From Phascolarctobacterium succinatutens (GTDB lineage Bacteria > Bacillota > Clostridia > Christensenellales > CAG-917): a stretch of DNA of 64,000 nucleotides. Every line of letters starts with the position of its first letter. The first letter of the stretch is position 1. The DNA lies in the NCBI GenBank assembly GCA_963593735.1, contig CAVBBF010000001.1:9569-73568 (forward strand), given 5' to 3'. A program made the translations under genes and the position numbers. Positions 1 through 9,218 of the stretch are shown in pieces. A model generated the notes under the pieces. The model searched no databases and was not told the origin of the DNA. It saw only the letters and a list, made by a program, of their open reading frames with translations.

Positions 1-69
1 TATCGCTATGCCCAAACACAGAACGACAATCGACAGCGCTTTTTTTGCGGAGAACGCTCCCTTGTTCAT
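1..69 (-). CDS. ABC transporter permease, N-terminal fragment (gene continues beyond window edge)
   Basis: ATG at 69-67 overlaps the TGA (68-66) of the upstream permease (ATGA coupling). Translates MNKGAFSAKKALSIVVLCLGIAI, a hydrophobic TM-like start. Position fits the second permease of a PepT-type ABC operon. Confidence 0.5.
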   Translation of the reverse strand, partial: MNKGAFSAKKALSIVVLCLGIAI

Positions 70-1031
70 TGCGCCGCCCTCCTTTGTCGAGGATCGCACA
101 ATGCACAAATCACGTCGGCTATGAAATTTGAAACTATCACGCTTATCGCAATCACCAAAAGCGTGCCTTGCAACATCGGGAAATCCTTGTCGAATATCGC
201 GCGATTTACGAGCATACCCACTCCGTCTATCGAAAACACCTTTTCGATGACAATCGAGCCTGCAATCATATGCCCGAAACTCGTGCCGAGCATAGAAATA
301 AACGCGCCGCTTATGTTGGGGAAAACGTGCGCCGTATTAAGTCGCGCCTCGCTCAATCCCTTTGCGCGCGCATAGGTCATATATTGAGCGTCCTGAACAT
401 TTGCCGATTGATTGCGAACGAGCAAATACTTCTTCGGCACGGACACAAGCGTGAGAGTAGAGACGGGCAAAATCAAATGTAAAAGCCTGTCGCCGAACGG
501 GTTTTGCGCAAAAGGAGAATTGAGTCCGCCCGACGGCAAAATCTTCCACTCGAACGCAAACAGAATGAGCAGCACGATTGCAAAAAGGAAGGTCGGCACG
601 GAATCGAGAATCATCATACCGCCGCTCAACCCCGCATCGAGCAAACTCGACTTTCTGCCGCCCGCGACAAGACCGAGCCAAAACGCCAAAAGCGCGGACA
701 CACTCCACGCAGGCAATGTTATTTGCAACGTGCGCGGTATCTTTTCGAGTATTATCGCTCCCACGTCGCCGCCCCTATGATAGGAATATCCGAGGTCACC
801 TTTCATAAGACCCGAAAGGTAATTTGCAAACTGCTTTCCGAGCGGCAAATCGAGTCCCGCAGCGCGATACAACTCGTCGTACTCTTGTTGCGACAAAGTG
901 GTTTCATCCGCGCCGACGAGGTTTGCAAGCGGATCGCCGGGCATAAGTCGCGGCAAAACGAAATTGACGACCAGCAGTGCCGCAAGCGCAACGATTGAAA
1001 ATATCAATGTTTTTGTTATCCTCTTTGCCAT
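66..1031 (-). CDS. ABC transporter permease, peptide/nickel (PepT) family, DppB/OppB/NikB-like
   Basis: 321 aa ORF with an N-terminal TM followed by LPRLMPGDPLANL and several more TM segments. Operon context includes an SBP and two ATPases. Confidence 0.9.
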   Translation of the reverse strand: MAKRITKTLIFSIVALAALLVVNFVLPRLMPGDPLANLVGADETTLSQQEYDELYRAAGLDLPLGKQFANYLSGLMKGDLGYSYHRGGDVGAIILEKIPRTLQITLPAWSVSALLAFWLGLVAGGRKSSLLDAGLSGGMMILDSVPTFLFAIVLLILFAFEWKILPSGGLNSPFAQNPFGDRLLHLILPVSTLTLVSVPKKYLLVRNQSANVQDAQYMTYARAKGLSEARLNTAHVFPNISGAFISMLGTSFGHMIAGSIVIEKVFSIDGVGMLVNRAIFDKDFPMLQGTLLVIAISVIVSNFIADVICALCDPRQRRAAQ

Positions 1032-1135
1032 AGTTATCTTTTGTCACAATTCGCAGTTTATCGCGCATTTTCGTCGTTATAAAATGCCTTTTACGCTATT
1101 ATCTGCAATATTATTTTGTTTAGCGTTCTGATTTT

Positions 1136-2728
1136 TCAATGCCTTTCGAGCGTTTCGAAAGTCGAGGGATTGAGGATTCCTGAAACCGAGTCGAGTTTGA
1201 ATCCGTCGAGTTTCGCGCTTGCGCCGTACGTCGTCCCGTCATAAAACAAAGCAACGCATATCACGTTTTTCAAGACGTAATCCTGATATTCGCCGACCGC
1301 CGTCGCAAGTTGTTCGGACTTTGCCGCGCCGCTCAACGCATACAGAATTTTGCCGTAATCGGTGAGTCCTTGCTCATCCTCGACAAGCAGTTGTCCGTGC
1401 GCGACGGGGTTTTTCACATCGAGCATGCTCGTGTTTGTCGCAAGCGTGTATCTCGTGCCGTACCCTGCTTCGAAGTCGTAGCCTTTTGCGGTGATTTTGG
1501 CAAGGCTTGCCATATGGTTGCCCGCTTGATAATACTCTTGCCAGTCGCTTCCCTTTTCGACGAGTGCGACGTTGACGAGTCCGCTTTCCTCGATTTGGGT
1601 TTTGAGAAGCGAAGCATATTGCGTGTCGTCCGTGCCGGCATGTACGAGCAGTTCGAAGCGCAACTTGTTTGATTGCGAATATCCCTCGCTCGTCAAAAGT
1701 TCCTTTGCCTTTTCGAGATTGCGAGTCCAAACGGGCGTTTCTTTATATCCGAATATGCCCTCGCCCACGAATCCCTCTCTCGACGGCGCAGCGCCTGCCG
1801 AGGCGAACGTCGAACGGATTTTGTCATAATCTATCGACAAAGCGATTGCGCGCTTTACGTTTGCGTTCGTCATCTTTTGATTGTTGAAAAACAGCGTTTT
1901 TGGCACTTGCTTCGTCGCTTGCGAGATAAGTTTCACGTCGCTTTTAGAGGAAAGCGCGGATATTTGGTCGCTCGTGAGTCCTTTTGCATAGTCGAATATC
2001 AAATCGATTTCGCCGTTTTTGAGCGCGAGCGTGAGCACTTCTTGCGAGCCGTATTGTTTGAATATCACCTTGTCGAATTTGACGGCGGTTGCTTTGGGAT
2101 AATCGGCAAATTTTTCAAAGGTAATCGTTCCTGCCGACTTGTCTACCGACGAAAATTTGAAAGGTCCTGCCCCGACGACGGATTGCTCGTCGGTCACCGT
2201 GTCTTTGGTTTTTCCCTCAAGCAAATGCTTCGGCGCAATCGTGAGTGCGGAAACTTTGGTCAAGAACGTATCGGACGGCGTGCACAACTTATAAACTATC
2301 GAATTTTCCGATTTTTGCACGGATTCGTAGTCCTCGCCCTCTTTCAGAGACGAAAGCGAAAATTCTACGTCGTCGATTGTGACAATTTCGCCGTCGTGCC
2401 ACTTGTATCTGTCTTTTTGCGTGAGGGTGAGCGTTTTTCCGTCCTCGCTCAACACATAATCGCAATCCACGCCGACGTATTCGCCGTCGATTTTGCTTAC
2501 CGCCGCAATCTGCGATATGCTCGAAGCGATTTTGTCAAAGTTGTAGCCGGGTGCGCCGCCGTTTGAATCGAGACGGTTGAGCGAATCGACGCTCATCGTA
2601 GTGCCGACAACAAGCACGCTTTGTTTTTCGTCGCTCGTATTGCAAGCGACAAGCATTGCGGCGCACAAGGCGACGATTAGCAATGCGAGCAAAATATATA
2701 TAGTTTGATTTTTACGTTTGGTTTCCAT
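1136..2728 (-). CDS. ABC transporter substrate-binding lipoprotein (family 5, peptide/nickel type)
   Basis: Lipobox LIVALCAAMLVACNT. Its ~530 aa size and position fit a PepT operon. The ORF-track start at 2749 is GTG without an RBS; ATG at 2728 (METKRKNQ...) is preferred but not certain. Confidence 0.85.
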   Translation of the reverse strand: METKRKNQTIYILLALLIVALCAAMLVACNTSDEKQSVLVVGTTMSVDSLNRLDSNGGAPGYNFDKIASSISQIAAVSKIDGEYVGVDCDYVLSEDGKTLTLTQKDRYKWHDGEIVTIDDVEFSLSSLKEGEDYESVQKSENSIVYKLCTPSDTFLTKVSALTIAPKHLLEGKTKDTVTDEQSVVGAGPFKFSSVDKSAGTITFEKFADYPKATAVKFDKVIFKQYGSQEVLTLALKNGEIDLIFDYAKGLTSDQISALSSKSDVKLISQATKQVPKTLFFNNQKMTNANVKRAIALSIDYDKIRSTFASAGAAPSREGFVGEGIFGYKETPVWTRNLEKAKELLTSEGYSQSNKLRFELLVHAGTDDTQYASLLKTQIEESGLVNVALVEKGSDWQEYYQAGNHMASLAKITAKGYDFEAGYGTRYTLATNTSMLDVKNPVAHGQLLVEDEQGLTDYGKILYALSGAAKSEQLATAVGEYQDYVLKNVICVALFYDGTTYGASAKLDGFKLDSVSGILNPSTFETLERH

Positions 2729-2812
2729 TGTTACGTTTCTCTTTATCACCGTTTCGGGGTGTGTTTGATATAGTTATTCTTTGCTATATTCGTTTTTATT
2801 TTTCGGTTCGGT

Positions 2813-3514
2813 TCAATTCTCCAAACGGCTCAATTTGCCGTCTTCGAGAAGATAAGTTTCGTCGCAAAAGTTTTTCACGAGCGCAACGTCGTGCGAGATG
2901 AAAAGCAACGAAACGCCTCTTTCCTTCACAAGAGCGTCGAGCAGTTCGATTATGTTCTTTTGCGTTGCCGCGTCAAGCATCGACGTAGACTCGTCGCAGA
3001 CGAGAATCCGAGGATCGGTTGCGAGGGCGCGCGCTATGACGGCGCGTTGCGCCTGTCCGCCGCTCAAATGCATTGGAAGCCTTGAAAAAAGCGTGCGCTC
3101 GAGCCCTACGACATCGAAAAGCCGCAACGCCTTTTCTTGTGCGTCCTTGCCCCTCTTTGCCGCCTTTGAAAAGACGAGCATCTCCTTTATCGCACTGCCT
3201 ATGTGCTGCGTAGGGTCGAGTGCGAGAAGGGGTTTTTGCGGTATGAGTTGAACTTTGACGCCTGCCTTTTTGTCGTATCTGTTCTTGCTGTAAAAAAGGC
3301 TTTGACCGTCAAGCAAAACGCTTCCGCCGTCGGGTTTTTCTATGCCGCACAGAATGTTTGCAAGCGTGCTTTTCCCTTCGCCGCTTTTGCCCACCAAGCC
3401 TATCTTTTTGCCATTATCTATGGTTAAAGATACGCTTTTGAGAGGATAAACGCTTGATTTTGATTTTTTATCGCCAACGACGAAGGATTTTGACAAGTCG
3501 ATTGTTTCAAGCAT
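2813..3514 (-). CDS. ABC transporter ATP-binding protein (OppF/DppF/NikE-like)
   Basis: Walker A GKSGEGKST, signature LSGGQAQRAVIARAL, Walker B ILVCDESTSMLD. Start overlaps the upstream ATPase gene by 8 nt. Confidence 0.9.
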   Translation of the reverse strand: MLETIDLSKSFVVGDKKSKSSVYPLKSVSLTIDNGKKIGLVGKSGEGKSTLANILCGIEKPDGGSVLLDGQSLFYSKNRYDKKAGVKVQLIPQKPLLALDPTQHIGSAIKEMLVFSKAAKRGKDAQEKALRLFDVVGLERTLFSRLPMHLSGGQAQRAVIARALATDPRILVCDESTSMLDAATQKNIIELLDALVKERGVSLLFISHDVALVKNFCDETYLLEDGKLSRLEN

Positions 3515-4289
3515 CTTGCACCTCGCTCACCGAAACGAGAGTCTTCGTGTACTCGCCTTTCGGATTTGAAAACACGTCGAGGGTTTTGCCGTATTCAACC
3601 ACTTTTCCCTCTTTCAGCACGAGTACGAAATCACACCTTTTCGCTTCCTCAATATCGTGCGTGACGAACACCGTTGCACAAGACGAAAAGTCGCTTTGGA
3701 TGCAATCCCAAAACGCTTCCTTGGTTTCGCCGTCGATTCCTCTCGTCGCTTCGTCGGCAACGATAAGGTTTGCGTGCGAGCAAAGCGTGATTGCAAGCAC
3801 CACTCTTTGCGCTTCGCCGCCGCTTATTTCAAAGGGGTATTTTTCAAGGATTTCTTCCGCATTTTTAAGTCCCGACTTTTCAAGATTGCGTATCGCCGCT
3901 TCGCGCTTTTGCTCTCTCGTAAGTTTTGCGCCGTTCCTTTTCAACGCCTCGTAAATTTGAGTTTTGATTTTGAGAGAGGGATTCAACGACTCTGCGCCGC
4001 CTTGCGGAATAAGGACGATTTTGTCCCCCGCAAGTTTTTTTGCAAATCTACGGTTTTCAAGCAAATTCACGCCGTCGCACTCAACCTTGCCCGTCGCAAA
4101 ACAGTTGTCCGCAAGCGAGGACGTAAGCGCGTTGACAATCATAGATTTGCCGCTTCCCGACTCGCCCACTATCGCAATTTTTTCGCCACAGTCAAGACGA
4201 AACGAAACGCCTTCGACAATAGTTTCCGTCGAGTGCAAAAATCTTGCGTGTACGTTGAGGTTTTCAACTTGAATTATGCCTTTTCTCAT
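3507..4289 (-). CDS. ABC transporter ATP-binding protein (OppD/DppD/NikD-like)
   Basis: Walker A GESGSGKS, signature ISGGEAQRV, Walker B LIVADEATRGID. The ORF-track start at 4325 is TTG; ATG at 4289 (MRKGIIQVENL) lies 7 nt downstream of a TGgTATAAT box. Confidence 0.9.
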   Translation of the reverse strand: MRKGIIQVENLNVHARFLHSTETIVEGVSFRLDCGEKIAIVGESGSGKSMIVNALTSSLADNCFATGKVECDGVNLLENRRFAKKLAGDKIVLIPQGGAESLNPSLKIKTQIYEALKRNGAKLTREQKREAAIRNLEKSGLKNAEEILEKYPFEISGGEAQRVVLAITLCSHANLIVADEATRGIDGETKEAFWDCIQSDFSSCATVFVTHDIEEAKRCDFVLVLKEGKVVEYGKTLDVFSNPKGEYTKTLVSVSEVQDA

Positions 4290-4296
4290 AGGATAA

Positions 4297-4325
4297 ATTA
4301 TACCATTGTGCGCAACCGCAATCAA
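4297..4325 (-). promoter_or_regulatory. Putative promoter of the ABC importer operon (possibly leaderless)
   Basis: On the minus strand: TTGATT (4325-4320), 17 nt, TGgTATAAT (-10 at 4302-4297). ATG at 4289 follows after 7 nt, with no SD in between. Confidence 0.55.
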
Positions 4326-4375
4326 GTTATATCAACCAATTTTGTACGGTTAAAATTGTAAAAGCCAAACAAATT

Positions 4376-4418
4376 GAAACATTTTGTTTTGTTTTTGTCG
4401 GTTTTTAGAACATTTTGT
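4376..4418. promoter_or_regulatory. Direct repeat GAAACATTTTGT / GAACATTTTGT in the divergent promoter region (candidate TetR operator)
   Basis: Two copies at 4376-4387 and 4408-4418, between the divergent ABC and TetR promoters. Confidence 0.35.
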
Positions 4419-4419
4419 A

Positions 4420-4449
4420 TTGACGAGCGAACACGATGTTTGATATAAT
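4420..4449 (+). promoter_or_regulatory. Putative TetR gene promoter
   Basis: TTGACG (4420-4425), 18 nt, TATAAT (4444-4449). Confidence 0.6.
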
Positions 4450-4478
4450 CGAAAAAAGAAAGATATGCGAGGCAGATT

Positions 4479-5033
4479 ATGAACAAGAAAATAAACGCTA
4501 CAACCGAAAAAATCTACGACGCTTTTGCCGAAGTTTTGCTTGAAAAAGCGTACGCGGACGTGAGAATCCAAGACGTGTTGGACAAAAGCGGCGTTGCGAG
4601 AAGCACGTTTTACGCGCATTACAAAACGAAAGAGGAATTGCTCAAATCCATATGTTCGACCATATTCGGACACGTCTTTTCGCACTCGCTTGCAGAGGAA
4701 AAGAGCCACGATTTTTCAAAATCCTCGATTTTCGATTACAAGCACTTTATAACGCACATCTTCTATCACTTGCACGACGAAAAAACGCTTGTCCACGCCA
4801 TTTTGCTGTCGCAAAGCAAGGACATATTCCTTAGTTTCCTTAGGGGCGAACTTGCCGAATTTGCAACCGCTTGCGTGGAAAACAATTTCGTGACGGGCAA
4901 AAACCTGCCCAAATCCTTGAAAGTCAATTCGATAATCGAAAATTTCGTTTTGCTTGTGGAATACTGGGACGAAACGTCCTTTGCCGACACCCCCGAACGC
5001 CTGACCGATTATTTCCTTATTATGAACGAATGA
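4479..5033 (+). CDS. TetR/AcrR family transcriptional regulator
   Basis: N-terminal HTH VRIQDVLDKSGVARSTFYAHYKTKEELL. 184 aa. Divergent from the ABC importer operon. Confidence 0.85.
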   Translation: MNKKINATTEKIYDAFAEVLLEKAYADVRIQDVLDKSGVARSTFYAHYKTKEELLKSICSTIFGHVFSHSLAEEKSHDFSKSSIFDYKHFITHIFYHLHDEKTLVHAILLSQSKDIFLSFLRGELAEFATACVENNFVTGKNLPKSLKVNSIIENFVLLVEYWDETSFADTPERLTDYFLIMNE

Positions 5034-5057
5034 GCGTGCCAACGGCACGCTTTTTTT
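5033..5057 (+). terminator. Rho-independent terminator after the TetR gene
   Basis: AGCGTGCC aac GGCACGCT followed by T7, starting at the stop codon. Confidence 0.85.
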
Positions 5058-5210
5058 ATGGCGAATTATTATCCAAATTGAGATTAATAACAAACCATCG
5101 TTCTTGAATAAGGTCTCAAACAGATGAAGAACAAGAAACAATATCCTCTCTGTATTATTGAAACAAAACGGTTGCAATATTTGGATGAATTAAAGCATAG
5201 TTTTTGAATA

Positions 5211-5330
5211 AAGCCGATATTGAGATGAAGAACAAGGAAACGCCCCTCTGATAGCAACCCTAATTTACTAAAACGTAAATGAGTTGATAGCAGAGGGGCG
5301 TTGACGATGTTATTCGCTCAATAGCGGCTT
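5211..5330 (+). repeat. Four-helix hairpin repeat (HP), copy 1
   Basis: AAGCCGATATT/GAGATGAAGAACAAGGAA/ACGCCCCTCTG/..CAAC CCTA ATTTAC taaaac GTAAAT GA GTTG../CAGAGGGGCGT/TGACGATGTTATTCGCTC/AATAGCGGCTT. Its last nt is the first nt of the hypA stop codon. Truncated 5' arm copies lie at 5117-5152 and about 5176-5200. Confidence 0.9.
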
Positions 5331-5674
5331 TATTCTACGGCGATTTCTTTGACAAGCACCTCATTCCCTCGTATAAGATAAGTATGTTCACTGCCGCAAT
5401 AGGGGCAGGTCTTGCCATACTCGACGGTGGGGTACTCTTTTTTGCAGTCCTCGCAGTAGGTGACGGCTTTGATAGGCTCGATTTCAAGAGTGCAACCGCG
5501 CAGTAAATCCGTGCGGTTTGCATTCCAGTTCCAACAATCGATGAGTTGATCGTTGACGATTGTAGACACTTCGCCGATTTGCATAACGACTTTTTGGATT
5601 TTGGTTGCCTTGTTTTCTACGGCAACGTCGCGTACCATATCGGCTATGTGAAAAACTACGCCCAATTCGTGCAT
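5330..5674 (-). CDS. hypA: Hydrogenase/urease nickel incorporation protein HypA
   Basis: 114 aa. Starts with MHE, and has a C-terminal zinc site CEDC...CPYC typical of HypA. Lies 9 nt downstream of the 954 aa oxidoreductase gene. Confidence 0.85.
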   Translation of the reverse strand: MHELGVVFHIADMVRDVAVENKATKIQKVVMQIGEVSTIVNDQLIDCWNWNANRTDLLRGCTLEIEPIKAVTYCEDCKKEYPTVEYGKTCPYCGSEHTYLIRGNEVLVKEIAVE

Positions 5675-5683
5675 ATCAACCTC

Positions 5684-8548
5684 TTATTTGTTGGCTTTTT
5701 TTGCAGCCTTTGCCGCTTTGACCGCTTCTTTGTGTTTCTTTTGGGAAGCCTTTTCTTCTGCGGTCTTCTTGCCGAACACGATTCTCATGCCGCGTTTGAA
5801 CGCGTACGGAAGGATTGCTTTGAATTTATCTTCGCTGCGAATCATCGTTGAGCATTCGGGATGTTCTCTGTGGAGATGGATTGCGTCAAATTCGCACTTT
5901 GTGGTGCATACGCCGCATCCGATGCACTTGTTCTCGTCCACGACGCTTGCGCCGCAACCGAGGCAACGACCCGCTTCGATCTTGACTTGCTCTTCGGTGA
6001 GAGTGCCGTGCAAATCTCTGAACGAATGTTTGTCGCCTTCGAGTTCTTTGGCTTCTTGTCTGCCGGCGGTGTCGTAACTGTCGATGACGATGTTGTTCTT
6101 GTCGAGTTCGATGAACTGTCTGCGGTTGCGACCGATGGTCATGCTCGTGCCGGGTTGTACGAAGCGATGGAGAGATACTGCCGCATTCTTGCCCGCTTCG
6201 ATTGCGTCGATTGCGAACTTGGGTCCGCTGTACACGTCGCCGCCGACGAAGATGTCGGGTTCTGCGGTTTGATACGTGAGCGAATCCGCAACGGGGTAAT
6301 TGCCGTGATGGAATTCAACCTTAGTGCCTTTGAGCAAGTCTCCCCAGACAACCGCTTGACCGATTGCGAAGATGACGTGTTGCGCTTCGACGGTGATGGT
6401 GTCGTTCTCGTCGTAAACGGGGCTGAATCTCTTGGTTTGAGGATCGATGACTCTCAAGCACTTCTTGAACACGACCGCCTTGACGGTGCCGTCCTCGTTT
6501 TTGAGGATTTCCTTCGGACCCCAACCGTTGTTGACGGAGATGCCGTCTTCGAGAGTTTCTTCGATTTCGTTCTTGCTTGCGGGCATCGTTTCTCTCGATT
6601 CGAGGCAGTACATACCGACCTCTTCGCTGCCGAAACGAACGGCGGTGCGAGCGCAGTCCACAGCAACGTTGCCGCCGCCGATAACGACTGTCTTGCCGTT
6701 AAGTTTTCTGTCGTGATTTTCGGTTGCGTCGTGCAAGAAGGAAACAGCCATATCCGTTCCGATTGCGTCTTCGCCGGGTACGCCGGGAAGTCTGCCGCCC
6801 TGGCAGCCGATTGCAACGTAGAACGCTTTGTAGCCTTGTTTTCTCAACTCGTCGATGGTGACGTCTTTGCCGACGTTGACGCCTGTCTTGAACTCTACGC
6901 CGAGTTCACGCAAAACGTCGATTTCCGCTTCGATGACATCCTTTTCGAGTTTGTAGGACGGAATACCGTAGGTGAGCATACCGCCGAGTCTTTCGTTCTT
7001 TTCGAACACGGTGGGTTTGTAACCCTTCGTCGCAAGATAGTATGCGCAAGAAAGTCCCGCGGGGCCTGCGCCGATGATCGCTATCTTTTGAGACCATTGC
7101 TTGTCAACGTTGGACGGAATGACGACTTCGGGGACGAATCTCGTTTCCGCGTGCAAATCTTGCTCTGCGACAAACTTCTTGATTGCGTCGATAGACACTG
7201 CCTCGTCAATCGTTCCTCTGGTGCAGGCTGCCTCGCAACGCTTGTTGCAGACGCGACCGCAGATTGCGGGGAACGGGTTGTCCTTCTTGATGAGTTCGAG
7301 AGCCTCTCTGTACTTGCCCTCTTTTGCTTTGCGGATATAACCTTGAACTGCGATGTGCGCAGGGCAAGCCGCTTTGCACGGCGACGTACCCGTTTCGTAG
7401 CAGTTGATACGGTTGTTGTCTCTGTAATCCTCATCCCACTTGTCGGGACCCCAACTGAGGTTGTCGGGAAGTTCGTGCTTGGGATATTTGATTTCGCCTT
7501 GCTTTGTGCAAAGTTTTTGACCGAGTTTGACCGCGCCTGCGGGGCAATACTCAACGCACTTGCCGCAAGCGACGCATTTGTCTTTCTCTACGCGAGCGAC
7601 GTATGCGCTTCTTGACATATTCGGAGTGTTGAAAAGTTGCGACGTACGGAGCGCGTTGCAGATGTTGACATTGCAGTTGCAGATTGCGAAGATTTTGTTC
7701 TCGCCGTCGATGTTGGTGATTTGGTGAACGAAACCGTTCTTTTCGGCATTGCGGAGGATTTGCATAGCCTCGTCGTAGGTGATGTCGCGACCTTTGCCCG
7801 TTTCGCGGCAGTAGTCCGCCATATCGCCGATGCCGATGCACCATTCTTCACAACTGTCGCCGCAGCCTTCGCCGAGTTTGGCTCTGCCATAGCGGCAAGA
7901 GCAGATACCTACGCCGAGATGTCCCTCATACTTCTTGAGCCAGTAGGAAATATGCTCGATGTCCATTGTGCCGTTTTCCATCTCGATTGCTTTTTCGACG
8001 GGGATAACGTGCATACCGATGCCTGCGCCTCCCGGAGGAACCATCGGCGTGACCATCGTCAAGGGAAGATAGGTCATACGCTCGAAGAACATTGCAAGTT
8101 CGGGATGTTCGTCGAGTTGTTGCTTGATCATGTTCGTAAATTCGGCAGAGCCGGGAACGAACATCGGAAGCACGTAGCGACGTTCTCTCTTTGCACCCTT
8201 GATGGGACCGTTCTTGTCATAGTGATTGCCGTAATCGTATTCGAGGATGCCGATGTGGCTCATTTCGTCGAGGATTTTTTGGAAGTCTTCCGCTTTTTTG
8301 TATTGCGGATTGAGTTTCCAAAGTTGCTCGAAGGTGTACGGCGTGCGCAACTTCATTGAAAGCGCGACATCAGCCATTTCGTCGGTCATAATGCAGCGAA
8401 GCCCCCAGTATTCGGGATCGTTGACGGTTACGCCCGCAATTTTGTGGTCGATGCAGTCTGTGATTTTTCTTGCCAGTTTGAGGATTTTCTCACTCGGATT
8501 GGGATCGCCCATAAATTCCGGCTTGAAAGCTTTGCTCATCTCAGCCAT
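5684..8548 (-). CDS. Multidomain Fe-S flavoprotein: Cys-rich N-terminal domain, ferredoxin domains and a GltD-like FAD/NAD(P)H oxidoreductase
   Basis: 954 aa. Dinucleotide fold IAIIGAGPAGLSCAYYL plus GGMLTYGIP, as in the glutamate synthase small chain family. 4Fe-4S motifs CVACGKCVEYCP and CIGCGVCTTKC. N-terminal ~330 aa has clusters CSCRYG...CGDSCEEWC and CNCNVNIC. Lys/Ala-rich C-terminal tail. Confidence 0.8.
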   Translation of the reverse strand: MAEMSKAFKPEFMGDPNPSEKILKLARKITDCIDHKIAGVTVNDPEYWGLRCIMTDEMADVALSMKLRTPYTFEQLWKLNPQYKKAEDFQKILDEMSHIGILEYDYGNHYDKNGPIKGAKRERRYVLPMFVPGSAEFTNMIKQQLDEHPELAMFFERMTYLPLTMVTPMVPPGGAGIGMHVIPVEKAIEMENGTMDIEHISYWLKKYEGHLGVGICSCRYGRAKLGEGCGDSCEEWCIGIGDMADYCRETGKGRDITYDEAMQILRNAEKNGFVHQITNIDGENKIFAICNCNVNICNALRTSQLFNTPNMSRSAYVARVEKDKCVACGKCVEYCPAGAVKLGQKLCTKQGEIKYPKHELPDNLSWGPDKWDEDYRDNNRINCYETGTSPCKAACPAHIAVQGYIRKAKEGKYREALELIKKDNPFPAICGRVCNKRCEAACTRGTIDEAVSIDAIKKFVAEQDLHAETRFVPEVVIPSNVDKQWSQKIAIIGAGPAGLSCAYYLATKGYKPTVFEKNERLGGMLTYGIPSYKLEKDVIEAEIDVLRELGVEFKTGVNVGKDVTIDELRKQGYKAFYVAIGCQGGRLPGVPGEDAIGTDMAVSFLHDATENHDRKLNGKTVVIGGGNVAVDCARTAVRFGSEEVGMYCLESRETMPASKNEIEETLEDGISVNNGWGPKEILKNEDGTVKAVVFKKCLRVIDPQTKRFSPVYDENDTITVEAQHVIFAIGQAVVWGDLLKGTKVEFHHGNYPVADSLTYQTAEPDIFVGGDVYSGPKFAIDAIEAGKNAAVSLHRFVQPGTSMTIGRNRRQFIELDKNNIVIDSYDTAGRQEAKELEGDKHSFRDLHGTLTEEQVKIEAGRCLGCGASVVDENKCIGCGVCTTKCEFDAIHLHREHPECSTMIRSEDKFKAILPYAFKRGMRIVFGKKTAEEKASQKKHKEAVKAAKAAKKANK

Positions 8549-9218
8549 TGTTGTTTTCTCCTTTGAAAAACTTTATTATATTGTATAACTTATTTTCAAG
8601 CATTTCAAGTCCTTCTCCCGATTTTGCGCTAACGTAATATATTTGCGCTCTCGGATTTAGACGAGAAATGTGATTTTCAAACTTGGTTTTGTCAAAATCG
8701 AACGCTTCGAGGGTGTCGATTTTGGTCACGACGATAAGGTCGCACTTTTCAAACATCAGCGGATATTTGAGCGGTTTGTCGTCGCCTTCGGGAACAGAGA
8801 GGAGCATCATATTGAGGTGCGCGCCCGTGTCGAACTCGGCAGGACATACGAGATTGCCGATATTTTCGAGGACGATGAGGTCGCAGTCGTCAAACTTTGC
8901 CTGCGACAACGCCTCTTTCACCATATCCGAGTCGATGTGGCAAAGTCCGCCGTTGTGTATCTGCACGCTCTCGATTCCCGCGCCGTCCGCTATGCGCCGA
9001 GCGTCCACGTCCGTTTCGATGTCAACGTCCATCGCAACGACTTTGAGTTTTTCTTTCAAATCTTTGAGCAACGCGGTGAGCAACGTCGTTTTTCCGCTTC
9101 CGGGTGAGGACATCACGTTGAGCAAGAACGTTCCTTTTTCTTTCAGCGCCGCTCTTATCTCGTCCGCAGTCTTGTCGTTGTTTGAAAATATGCTTTCTTT
9201 TACGGATATAACCCTCAT
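8541..9218 (-). CDS. hypB: Nickel-dependent GTPase HypB (copy 1)
   Basis: P-loop SPGSGKTT, metal site GGLCHIDSD, ENIGNLVCPAEFD motif. ATG at 9218 overlaps the TGA of the upstream hypB copy (ATGA) and has an AAGAGGG RBS. The ORF-track start at 9236 is the alternative. Confidence 0.85.
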   Translation of the reverse strand: MRVISVKESIFSNNDKTADEIRAALKEKGTFLLNVMSSPGSGKTTLLTALLKDLKEKLKVVAMDVDIETDVDARRIADGAGIESVQIHNGGLCHIDSDMVKEALSQAKFDDCDLIVLENIGNLVCPAEFDTGAHLNMMLLSVPEGDDKPLKYPLMFEKCDLIVVTKIDTLEAFDFDKTKFENHISRLNPRAQIYYVSAKSGEGLEMLENKLYNIIKFFKGENNNG

